Below are positions 39,701-45,353 of a stretch of 64,000 nucleotides of DNA, in pieces. Position numbers and translations under genes: made by a program. A model generated the notes under the pieces. The model searched no databases, was not told the origin of the DNA, and saw only the letters and a list, made by a program, of their open reading frames with translations. How positions within the stretch are numbered: the first letter of the stretch is position 1; each line of letters starts with the position of its first letter. Source of the DNA: a virus; the IMG/VR virus record IMGVR_UViG_3300028384_000673, positions 45,352 through 109,351 of that record. One strand, 5' to 3'.

Positions 39701-42700
39701 CTGAACCTCGATTGGATTTCAGAAACTGCTGTTGGTCTTATGGCAGCGAAGTATCCCGACTTCGTAATTCCTGGCGACACTGACACCAGTGAGCAGGGTA
39801 CTAACAAGTGTATTCGTGATACCAAAGAGTACATCCTGAAAGCAATCATCGCTGACATTCGTTACGGTGGTAACTACAACAGCGTGATCTCTGGTAGAGG
39901 ATATCTCACCAAGTCTGGTGGTCTGAACTACGTCGGTAATGAACTGCTGCAATCTGTATATGCTTGGGATGAACTTGCTAATGTGATGAACTTCGTGATC
40001 ACCACTACTAGCACGGATCTTGAAAAGTATCCCGCTACCGATGGTACTAAGTATAGCGACATTCTGCGTATTCCAAACAACTTTACTGCTCCTGCATCTC
40101 AATCAATTCAGGACGAGATCAATGGTCTGTCCAATACGATTATTGATATCCTCTGCCCAACTGGCGATAGATTCCGTGATGGCGGCGATGCTATCTGGAA
40201 AAACCGTGATTACATTGCTGAGGAAGTTGTTGGTTATCTGCAAGATAAGTATCGTGCAACCATCACTGGACCTCTGGGAGAAGAGCGTGAATTTGACTTC
40301 TTGGTTATGCCTGGTTATGGCGAACCCTATTGTGTGCGAGATATCAAGAAGCACATCTTGCCTGCTGTAATCACTGACTTGCTGACTGGCGGTAACTCTT
40401 CTGTTCAGTACGTCATTGATCAATATCTCAATACTGACGATCAAGTTCTTCACGTTGAAGATGAACTTAGTGCAATGTTGGACGCATTTGAGTTTACTAA
40501 GAAACTCTGCCATCATGCGATCAACCAAACTCTGCTGACTAATGGAACCACTGCTTCTGGTCTTGGTATTCCTGCAAATCTTCAAGACGAATACTATGTT
40601 GCCGTCTGGACTGACGAGGAAGCATACAGAGACACCACTGTCACTATTGACCCAGAGGCACCTAATCAGGCTCGCACTGGTCCTAACCATGATCGCCTCA
40701 TGGATGCTGCTGACATGCTGGAACGTAACAAGTATGTGATTGCATGGGAAGCAGTTCACACCATGAACGATATGTCTAAGCATATCGACTTTACGGTCCC
40801 TGGCGGTCGTAAGAACTGCACCGATGATGTGGTCGATCTCATCGAATCCATGGTACATGACCTTCGCATGGGTGGCAATTCCAAGACTTGGGACGCTGCT
40901 GAACTTTATCTAAATGATGAGGATGATACTCTCCTCCACATCGAAGGTGAAGAAGATCAGTCGGTTTGGGTGTTGAAGTGGGCAATGGATATTGCGATCC
41001 TGACCATGCGTAATGGTTTCGGACGTGAGAATCTCTACATCTATCAGGAAGAGAGTGGTATTGATGGTAGCGTTGGTGGCGGTGGTGCTGAATCCTTTGA
41101 TGAGGTTGAAACCAGCAGTTACGAACAAAATGCTGTACGTGACCGCTTCATTGATGCTGCTAATATCATCGAAAGAAACATCCGTTTCATCGCTGAGGAA
41201 GCATTCCATTTGGGTCAAGTGCAGTATCCTTCGCTGGTTATTCCTGGTGGATCTGGCAACTGGGTTCACGATATTACCGACATCTTGGATGCCCTGCAAT
41301 GGAACCTCCGTCATGGTGGTAACAACAAGGTCTTCCATACTGCTGAACTCTATGTGAGTAATAGTGCTCTATCGCACATCTCCTCGCAGGTTGCCGAATC
41401 TACCTGGATCTTTGACAAAGCGATCGAACTTGCTGTTGATGTGATGCAAAATGATACCATCACTGTTGCTGGATCTCATGGATACACTCAGAAGTTCTAC
41501 GCTGATCTGGACTTCGCCCCCTACAACACCAATGATTACTCTATCACTGTTGATGGCGCACCTGACGCAACTCACGGCACTTGTGCTGATGTGAGATCTG
41601 CAATGATGACTTTGATGGATGTTGTGACTGATACGCTTGCAACTCCCGCTAGCATCACTGACGGTACTATCACTAAGAGTCTGCCGAACATCTGGCCTGT
41701 AAAGTATTCCCCCGACATGGTTCATCGTGACCTGTCTGTCACTTACGACACCAGTGCAACTGGTGGTTGGAATACCACTTGCGAGCAGGTTGCTTCTAGC
41801 ATCGAAACTCTCTTCGATCTGGTTATCGACACCATCGAGAAAGCACGTTCTGCAACTCCTTCACCTAATTATTTGACCACTGTTACTAGAACTGGTCCTT
41901 CTACGGGCAACACCAACTACCAGTTGTATACTTGCTACAACGTTGTTGATGCCTCACACACTCTGTTCGATCTGATGATTGAAACTCTGGGTGGTGGATC
42001 ATTCTCCGATCGTACTGCTGCTCGTTATCTCACCTTTAACAAACACGCTATTGTTGATAAGGCATTCACTGAGACTCAGAGTCAGTATCCTGGCACTGCT
42101 GTTACCGAAGACTTTGGTCACAGCATCATGAAGGCAATGATCTATGATCTCAACACTGGTGGTAACGGTGGAATGATGAAACTGGCGAACACTTGGTTCG
42201 ACGGTGAAGGTCAATTTATCGCCTTTGATGGTATTGTCCGTCAGCATCTGTTGTTCTACATGCTGAGACTCTCCGAAGCATCGAAGAGAATCATGTATGA
42301 TCAGAATAATACTGCCGAATGGGGAGTTGATAACAGACATTTCCGTTATCTTGATGACACCCGTATGGATGCCATTGAGTATAGATTCGAGTACGAGCAA
42401 GAGTCCACTGAGTTCCGTCTGGATGCTTCCTGGAACGTTGCTAACTTTGCACTGACTAGATCTCAGACGCCTGCTAACAATAAGGTTACCTGGATTAATA
42501 GCACTGACGCAACTAACCTACAAAACCTTTATGACGAGGGTACTGATTGGAACACTGATCCTGATCTGGTTCTCAACACGCCTAGCGTCGAAGTTGGATT
42601 TGAAAGAAGAGAGAATCGAGTTAAGATTACTCGCCCGAACTTCTATTCTCGTGGAGACGTTCTCACTTACGTGCCCGCATCTAGCGATATTGAAAGTGCA

Positions 42701-45331
42701 TTCTCTGGTCAATCTTGGTTCTATGTGCTAAATGCAACTCCAACTTACTTCGAGATTGCACGAGAAATTCGTCACGACGCACGTTACAGTGACTTTGATG
42801 TTGACACTACAACTACTGGTCAACAGCAGTTTAAGGTTGATGTTCGTTCGGGAATTGTTCGTGAGACAACCACATATGGTGAGCGTGATATCGATACACC
42901 AATTAGTGGTGGATTTAATCTCGCAGATGTAATTGTTGGTAGTAACTCAGATTGTAGTGGTGATGTTATCAGAACTACTAACAATGAAGCAGAAGTTATT
43001 AAACTTTACAAAAAGTTCAACCTTGAAACTGCATCTGCACGATTCACAAATGGTGAACGTGTCAACGTCAGCGGTAATCCCTCTAACTATGGTTTCGTTG
43101 TTCAGACTTCTGTCCTTACGGGCGACAACACTGATGAGGGTTGGGTTTATCTAGAAAATATCACGGGCACTATCTCCGATGGTGATGACCTCGTGGGCGT
43201 AGACAGCAACTCGACTGCAACTGTTGATGGTGTTTCATATGATCGTATGCTGATCAATGTCAGTAGAGGTGCATTTGCTCAGGATCAAATGATCTTCAAT
43301 AAGGGCAATGGTGCTGAGGCAGACATCAAACTTTATGAAAACTCTGCTGGTGCTCTCGTGGGTAACACGGGTGGTCGTATCACGATCGACATTGAGACTT
43401 TACAAGATAACTTTGTGGATGGTGACATTATCTATGGTTCTACTACTGACACTATTATTGATATCGCAGATATCAGAGTTGTGGGTCTGGATCAACTAGA
43501 ACTCAATCAGTACGTGCATGGAACCCGTACCGTTCAAATGCAAATTGCTTCGGTCACTCGTGACCAAGGATTTGAAGGTGACTTCAATCCTGGCGATCTG
43601 GTTTACTTGCTACAAGGCACCATCCCCAAAGAACCTGGTTGGACTGCTGTGGTTTCGGAATATAACTTCGATTCGGAGAATTCCATTCATAATATTTGGT
43701 TGTCTAACTTCCACCCCTATGGTCAGGCAGCAGACGGCACTACAACTATTGATCCAAACCTCGCACAGGGTAGTGCAATCGGTAAGTTTGAAAACCTCAA
43801 CAACTTCCCGATTATCCTTGCTAACATCAGCACCGTCTCGGTAACTAACTACACTTCTTACGGTAGAGTCGCAGGTAAGACTATCAGTGGCAACACTGGT
43901 CGCCTGTGGTTGGCAGATGTCGTGGGCAACTTCCCGAACGGTATGTCGATTATTTCTGACTACGGTTGGAAGGCAGGTGTTACTAAGTCTAAGGATCTCA
44001 TCGGACGTTGTGATCGCTTCTTCCGTGGATTCGATGGAACTGCAACTTCCTTCAAACTCACTGTTAACAACGGCGAAGCATACTTCCCCGATCCCGCTGG
44101 ACACATGCTCGTGTTCGTCAATGGTGTACTGCAACCACCTGGTGGTACTGCTGCTTACACAGCGTTCTCTGACCAGATTCAGTTCACTGAACCTCCGACC
44201 ATTGGTTCTGAATTCATTGGTTACTACGTGGGTAAACTGAGACAACTTGATGATATTTCGTTCGAGTTTGACTCTCTACGTGCATCCTTCAACCTGAAAT
44301 ATGACGGCGGTTTCTATTCTCTGACTCTAACGGATGGTGTTTCTTCTAACACTATCTTGCCTGAGAATAACATCATCGTCTCCCTTAATGGTGTGATTCA
44401 GGAACCTGGCGTTGGTTATACCTTGGTTGGTTCTAGAATCATCTTCGCTGAGATTCCTCGTGCAGGGTCTACATTCGTTGCCTTCTCCTACATCGGTTCT
44501 GACGCTGACGTGATCGCAGCAACTATCGTGCCTCCGATTGAAGCAGGTGATATTCTGCAAATTGAAGGTGAGGCAGACGAACGTGAAGTCGCTCTGATCG
44601 AATCCTCGAACTCTCTGATCACTTTCGAGTACACAGGAACTGTCAAGGGTCGTGGCGCTCAGGCGATTGCGTCTATCAAGTCTGGTGAACTCACCAAGGC
44701 AATCATTACCGCACCTGGTGATGGTTACACTACTCGCCCGAACGTGGATGTTATTTCTTCCTCTGGTTTTGACGGACGTGTACGTGCTCTGATGGGTATT
44801 TCTAGTATCGTTGTGAAGAACAGAGGTATTGGATACGAGCAACCTGTGGTTGACGTTGAAACTACTGTTCCTGATGATTATGTTGCTCCTACTGGCGGCG
44901 CAATCAATGGCGGTTTTGATACCTACGCAGGCGAGGGTACTGATGCTCAGGGTAATCCTATCGTAATCATCCCTGGTTACATCCAGATCACTTCACAACC
45001 TGTGAACGTGACTGTGAACCAAGGTCAGACTGCATCCTTCACTGTCCTTGCTGATTTTATCATCAGTGCGACTAACGAGGAAGGAACAACTGCACTGAAC
45101 TATCAGTGGCAGCGCAAGCAGTATGGCGAAACCAACTGGCAGAACGTAACTGGTTCTACATCTGCAACTTACAACTCTAATGCTGCTGAACAGGCAGACG
45201 ATGGTGATGAGTTCAGAGTAGCAATCACTGCCGCAGGCGCTGAACCTGCTTATTCTAACTCCGTGATTCTTTCGGTTCAGACTGGTGCTACGGTTCTGAC
45301 TGGATTTAGTCCCACTCAGATCTTCCAATAA
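24758..45331 (+). CDS. gp7: Giant (6857 aa) baseplate wedge initiator gp7-like multidomain virion protein
   Basis: Lies between gp6 and gp8. Contains IKDFYISKGT..YLFKILFGE, GSGY spacer repeats, a YHYH-like segment (~29060-29420), a propeller-like repeat region (~30300-31450), two LamG domains (~31600-32110 and ~39010-39485), two CBM5/12-like modules (32771-33139), phycobiliprotein-like repeats (37229-42300) and a C-terminal Ig-like domain. Confidence 0.8.
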   Translation: MFADRINISDRVENQLPEFIREEDQQLVNFLFEYYSSQEKTGRPFNVLNNLLTYLDLDAYDPKVLNSETTLIKDVDPSIDHIEVEQIDGFLPNNGSVMIDNEVIYYSETVRGPDAILTPGISLQEFNKKRQALESPWVEFDGTRTTFDLKFLGTPVSPVSADHLAVTIYGDLLIPDTDYTISGSEITFTTAPRARTGNDQVELTQILYYIGFADATVKELTLPAISELAGQDSMTVQYDNLPYAPIAEIGLIINRNGVLQRPFDDYVLTDNNSKIKFFVNITPQDTFHIRSIEYVSPSVGSGAEAVTRVGINGEIEAITIKNGGSGYKLNFAPKVSIFSSTGIGTGAAARSLVNGIKDVRLINGGQGYSANNPPVVRITEPSDLINGSRAAAKITVDDTTGQVSGIEITNSGSGYDFIPAITFVNPSGGEVSGCQIDSEGRLVVNSITVTKGGLGYSNPPQIYVDPAPEDGINAEVTASVAPDGTLSGVTITNRGRGYTTAPKVRVIQPVGAQVLDVNVANGSVTNINLLTGGKGYTDAPSIYIVDDRKDSAGEFIGGTGATAVATIFNGAITDINITNFGEGYSTTEPPKVYIAEPLSAQASCDVGFGEVTGCVIRSSGEDYEASALRGCARGVSDVVQFDNYGNQVYAKEEQLRQSDHNRGTIVHNLDSTIIRQVFDKFRRQYMPTIDIDYSQVNPIQVIKTIKDFYISKGTKTATQYLFKILFGEEVDVFYPRDELITPSAASWVVDTILRAELISGDPANLPNAELRQFADSVDQNIKDASVLIENVISIIEGTDTIYELTISEETLSGVFKIPYKTVLVEPLDTVENIITVDSTIGWPEKNGTIIIDDQEVIQYKDKSLNQFIECTRSKNGVVEDWDPGTDIFSDIFVYVNRGQDNEVKLRVLGIAEAGTTVLEDSGSYYLPGDKLNVASLGSSDDDERLQSWLYNVKKLIKVTSITPGGSNNQTATVTCSNPHGLLVEDKVTIYGANPAVFNGTYEVTSRLNDFTFTYAIPVPTQIVPEGNILLSVDLNRGKSQVNSINDVISLFTSNIQNSFFNNDYVYVAASGLPNYKVGPFEGSALIPGNQRKLLRFPRVVNTVSTRTTVKPNNPIGSWVNGVAAWGYKSKDYVTFGPLTAIAITNNGIDYDAGSKPALQISGGGGTGASASVTVNGSLFSIDVTNEGSGYKTQPLISIVGGGGSGATAQAVVTNGRVTRILVENAGTGYTSQPTISITGGDGIGATATAQVRGPISAVTLTSKGSGYTSTPEIKLNSGEGALAQPIVINGRIVSIAIINSGENYTTAPTVYINGDGFGAQAQAVIGTLGEDKGKVVSIQITNKGVGYTQGNTTIRLEAVGQLATFEASVFQWNKNLEYDLNSKYDVARGYVFTGFNNQYGGEYGHISDPKELRYVVGDNVVLDPQTQRFREIGQNEAHSPILGWAFDGNPIYGPYGYIDPTDQNSGLRRMRSSYKLKDEVVYDIDTNPTPARTDGPALSTYPAGTFVNDYEYSFQRGDLDLYNGRFCKTPDYPDGTYAYFITIDESETGLPVFPYILGPEYNSVVDIWNLSQSAIQENIPADVSRFRDPYVNVDIDIDRQPNQRSDEFVTEREGDVLVFEIEDTDNDGIISPSEIATLNAITEEAALQIYDYFPRVSAESRVDIEVETTTKFESAQIDGFVIENPGVSYQVNDTLFFDNTDTDGFGASAQVESVTGRPISAYRKEIINDQPYGKITTESDHELIAQDEIIVTSKVITDNTNKRFYMSVVTGIESITVDQIGVGYSEALPPSYEIISTQGQDVELDIKLDVTTGKIDKVEIINSGFNYSTDNVPQIRVSHPQQFKKTYYWVNQYVDSGVNGGTFEIFDIATTKDRSTYVCGELTQSNGDTAAFLAKFSDLGSLVWDRTLLPSSSRKVARFRRMYIDETSETNHLIYVVGESESQTESGYNPDILVAKYESGLNNANNPEGIVRFQKEIAGVSGSTRRDYAGDIYLDDEQRVYLCGWTDTNSPDPDDIWVIQLNNQGDLIEKRKFASDTEGEQMHQLYYIGDNKVIFAGIDLDNNDLMFGEMSYDGANIELNYVKRLAISGGQVQRPQFVLDSYNDLFFVCDMWNGTKHYGVAFFKIAMSQIRLTAATPEYEFSKILAPSVTFESIQHAGITLDEFDNVNVITHIQYEDNNQQAVINYFKYDGTSLYKSNVIRGEWNTTDSDTDYGLGFTAFQHGVDNSGDVILPINVQKSVQSAVYRFNDGDDLSFDATKQKKAYTTTGTATRSTAQKKFGASSLELASNSSLNWQDFNNDEWSVVFWARLTAAHASTNPQMEMVTAVDDSGSKVRFIINGDSTDGNDGKCTLIIDDGNGGGTTVHSVGSTYFSTMENEGWHHIAVVKEEPTLGSYVYSAFFDGVQVCTATRTEDIAMDDLTIANNVGAPAANKSFRGFIDDLVIEGRAVYTGASLTVPTERYRITTKNSGMDLVKFDRLHSKRDDYQIETQGVVFNENTNLNINTLNNPVITVWNEGSSGLQILDYSDVVSTLSPGTYTFQETVTTFTSKTSTIPSPLGKRLLISPNVVAKYYVRDASYSKIDNVKQFTFNQNIKFTKGTTIEQFNAQGVTQAYGTIVETPTGTVDNPGLGNTYKIGKIFGTFNNDDRFRNSTGEENTIDGQVFAVKRSQDEWVTNKAYSVGDQVYSDGKIYAATNNATSGSTAPEHSIGIVTDGAVLWNYISASGTLQVSLANFPWPKPVENEWETNRSYAINDFVYFGRYKYQATTAGLSGSTSPTHTSGIVSDGNVSWQYISTYDPLSDYARFRPYREEDYTVQIMEVYSDSDFIVGDVVSLGGSITAAPNSDNPKIADLTGLSSVKEIKLTVNLDKDILRTAEGRSDLIYATAVTPHNFEDGDILFVEGFSTNEFNGSFFVKEVFSSRDFIYTLRATASQDPQFAQGAISRVKISSKHPTLQLVRNHSYIFDMSDASNFGYYLSFSEDNQYKLEYSFNVIEREGTPGLSSATEIPIVKFTIGGEVTNITYYYDPSRTGATSPVGTNSFIDVIKTPFDGKFTISEVLSDTEFRFPLLHEPEFTNAEITEDDNDIPRSSYSTTSLKAIGPINTIKLISPGGFYKKLPVISDIASDRKIEKVRITNGGTEYQPGVYTQVPILGDGEGGLVQITVENDEEIGSGTITDVQLTDPGKGYTTASIDVDGIEGILGSTLSGSGAELEVVIPSEGSGAAVFLTGRQIGKIKTLKNNEFGYGYSHDYTLRPEIAFPINLQLFNTSILSQIKITNPGSGYTSAPSVIISGGGGSGAEAEAVVKNNRLSEVLIKNPGAGYSSQPSVTLKSEFTYVVNLDLNYLQFNFPHGITTGAEVQFRADAIGSTVGVLPKPSSVGLTALSSSQTYYAIAGNANGLETDQLRFALTRVDAESGNFITFLTQGDGRQVLLTEVFGGQAEAVVETSRFLEGEEVFQGESYELASAFGVVSENDGWQIEPKILKVTNPNGDFVVGGKVQGVISRASGLIDNINIAKGVLNIDAITKTPGRFIDDVGKPSEIVQKIQDSFFYQNFSYVVKSKIPINRWKTQILENNHPVGFSMFGQLELTGGKDVSGRKVDAGFTKQVNINEYTNVNQITSFGAAQPIYSTFNNSEVLFRKKRLTNSEEILTSIVKKIDDISILFNGERKSFPMTVEGENQIVKANQLLVTLNGIIQSPGSSYQVVGNNIIFAEPPKPDSKITYRNVEFDILPITRLNLNTIGGIFPELGDTVNGFESEARAKVVATGATSIDIVEITGGPFQLNERIDVSRTGFSALIGSIDNSITKLYLENVGGTFTQTALGGVRITGQTTGATATIFTVNPTDVTVDVIDMANGYFERGEEITFFGLQYGAEILNVDSVNYKTIFEFGETISNLDGDKAIIEETNQDLDGNISDKLVLSKTSGTAEYETGAYNVLLNDVIYSASSNIAAKITAISPYRDPIVSINLVRPTSAGGGSWSTLTEGTKFQNQTGLATGEVVRVDMDASPPVLYYLKSSEADIAEDDVIQEYTSDPVNPEQRILGTKTETVAGEIRLGDIVDTLTINKGSSFFGIIFERLISLTNANVIVDDISKTTITPTELSDADQRINADFLDFEQVRSTEIEYENLTGGTIAADDVLRSITFEYGNTVTNSKNRWKDAGRMIGLNRDEIVDFANAEIAVEHPGFYYPGDNTTDQWSRYADAYRLIQKNREYIIAKAYVLMTAEYPALSVPSEDKCKRDIGYFIDALSFDTYSGGTVYTRKLAQKYFSTDGTQFLYVNNEAEATEFAFEKATELMRQALRNDLDGSEVVGGVTYIFYNERTTGGSGGTGITADPSPGNPYGTAGSNEQNYGTNNCSDVQSALQTLFDNISVILLAGSLADLLDEVTPTQYSANEIKCRRDIGLLLDAIQADITDDGNYKTVEFVRSYFDASGSPITNGLVGETAESLTAFRKAGELCRMAINNLLYSQVNTRTAEAGYMLKDPTTYAGPYLGATGSTLQEFDVSNAVYTPGTGVMVLTIGTHSLTTSDSLTIRPYSLRFTCASDSNASFHDYPRTGDPAFNTALSITATTATTVTVNVGDAGTASGQAHTFISALDNAVFVGGGTEAAYYDPNYASGRNESIQHCADVQAGIHTLVEIAATAIGAGNLNNVNALSTITDGTYNENENIRALKIAYKDRAGSGFFIPGDTLRGYSSGASMTVKGVNSGLKWVFTNSITGTFTDREWITNSKLTANGTIGLTKLEKKTGTQSLHFQTHTGLTHALSDVNNFGTADFTIEMWIRPSTNPQTGIKYLYDSRTQIATLTGSPVLYLENNSIKFWLNGTDQISGAHNMTVDTWHHVAVSRTTGITKVWVDGAQVGGDYSDSNNYLERPFRIAAGWDGTNTFQGHIDNLLIHKESLYSATFTPGSTYPTNTANVSFGMSMETPIIVSTEESYAKFTGQTNSAATAKKVNYDDREITIEDIDLARDEHRKCADMLELNLDWISETAVGLMAAKYPDFVIPGDTDTSEQGTNKCIRDTKEYILKAIIADIRYGGNYNSVISGRGYLTKSGGLNYVGNELLQSVYAWDELANVMNFVITTTSTDLEKYPATDGTKYSDILRIPNNFTAPASQSIQDEINGLSNTIIDILCPTGDRFRDGGDAIWKNRDYIAEEVVGYLQDKYRATITGPLGEEREFDFLVMPGYGEPYCVRDIKKHILPAVITDLLTGGNSSVQYVIDQYLNTDDQVLHVEDELSAMLDAFEFTKKLCHHAINQTLLTNGTTASGLGIPANLQDEYYVAVWTDEEAYRDTTVTIDPEAPNQARTGPNHDRLMDAADMLERNKYVIAWEAVHTMNDMSKHIDFTVPGGRKNCTDDVVDLIESMVHDLRMGGNSKTWDAAELYLNDEDDTLLHIEGEEDQSVWVLKWAMDIAILTMRNGFGRENLYIYQEESGIDGSVGGGGAESFDEVETSSYEQNAVRDRFIDAANIIERNIRFIAEEAFHLGQVQYPSLVIPGGSGNWVHDITDILDALQWNLRHGGNNKVFHTAELYVSNSALSHISSQVAESTWIFDKAIELAVDVMQNDTITVAGSHGYTQKFYADLDFAPYNTNDYSITVDGAPDATHGTCADVRSAMMTLMDVVTDTLATPASITDGTITKSLPNIWPVKYSPDMVHRDLSVTYDTSATGGWNTTCEQVASSIETLFDLVIDTIEKARSATPSPNYLTTVTRTGPSTGNTNYQLYTCYNVVDASHTLFDLMIETLGGGSFSDRTAARYLTFNKHAIVDKAFTETQSQYPGTAVTEDFGHSIMKAMIYDLNTGGNGGMMKLANTWFDGEGQFIAFDGIVRQHLLFYMLRLSEASKRIMYDQNNTAEWGVDNRHFRYLDDTRMDAIEYRFEYEQESTEFRLDASWNVANFALTRSQTPANNKVTWINSTDATNLQNLYDEGTDWNTDPDLVLNTPSVEVGFERRENRVKITRPNFYSRGDVLTYVPASSDIESAFSGQSWFYVLNATPTYFEIAREIRHDARYSDFDVDTTTTGQQQFKVDVRSGIVRETTTYGERDIDTPISGGFNLADVIVGSNSDCSGDVIRTTNNEAEVIKLYKKFNLETASARFTNGERVNVSGNPSNYGFVVQTSVLTGDNTDEGWVYLENITGTISDGDDLVGVDSNSTATVDGVSYDRMLINVSRGAFAQDQMIFNKGNGAEADIKLYENSAGALVGNTGGRITIDIETLQDNFVDGDIIYGSTTDTIIDIADIRVVGLDQLELNQYVHGTRTVQMQIASVTRDQGFEGDFNPGDLVYLLQGTIPKEPGWTAVVSEYNFDSENSIHNIWLSNFHPYGQAADGTTTIDPNLAQGSAIGKFENLNNFPIILANISTVSVTNYTSYGRVAGKTISGNTGRLWLADVVGNFPNGMSIISDYGWKAGVTKSKDLIGRCDRFFRGFDGTATSFKLTVNNGEAYFPDPAGHMLVFVNGVLQPPGGTAAYTAFSDQIQFTEPPTIGSEFIGYYVGKLRQLDDISFEFDSLRASFNLKYDGGFYSLTLTDGVSSNTILPENNIIVSLNGVIQEPGVGYTLVGSRIIFAEIPRAGSTFVAFSYIGSDADVIAATIVPPIEAGDILQIEGEADEREVALIESSNSLITFEYTGTVKGRGAQAIASIKSGELTKAIITAPGDGYTTRPNVDVISSSGFDGRVRALMGISSIVVKNRGIGYEQPVVDVETTVPDDYVAPTGGAINGGFDTYAGEGTDAQGNPIVIIPGYIQITSQPVNVTVNQGQTASFTVLADFIISATNEEGTTALNYQWQRKQYGETNWQNVTGSTSATYNSNAAEQADDGDEFRVAITAAGAEPAYSNSVILSVQTGATVLTGFSPTQIFQ

Positions 45332-45334
45332 ATA
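45327..45334 (+). promoter_or_regulatory. T4-type late promoter
   Basis: AATAAATA overlapping the gp7-like stop codon. Confidence 0.6.
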
Positions 45335-45353
45335 GTAAAAAAGTCCGAATCAA

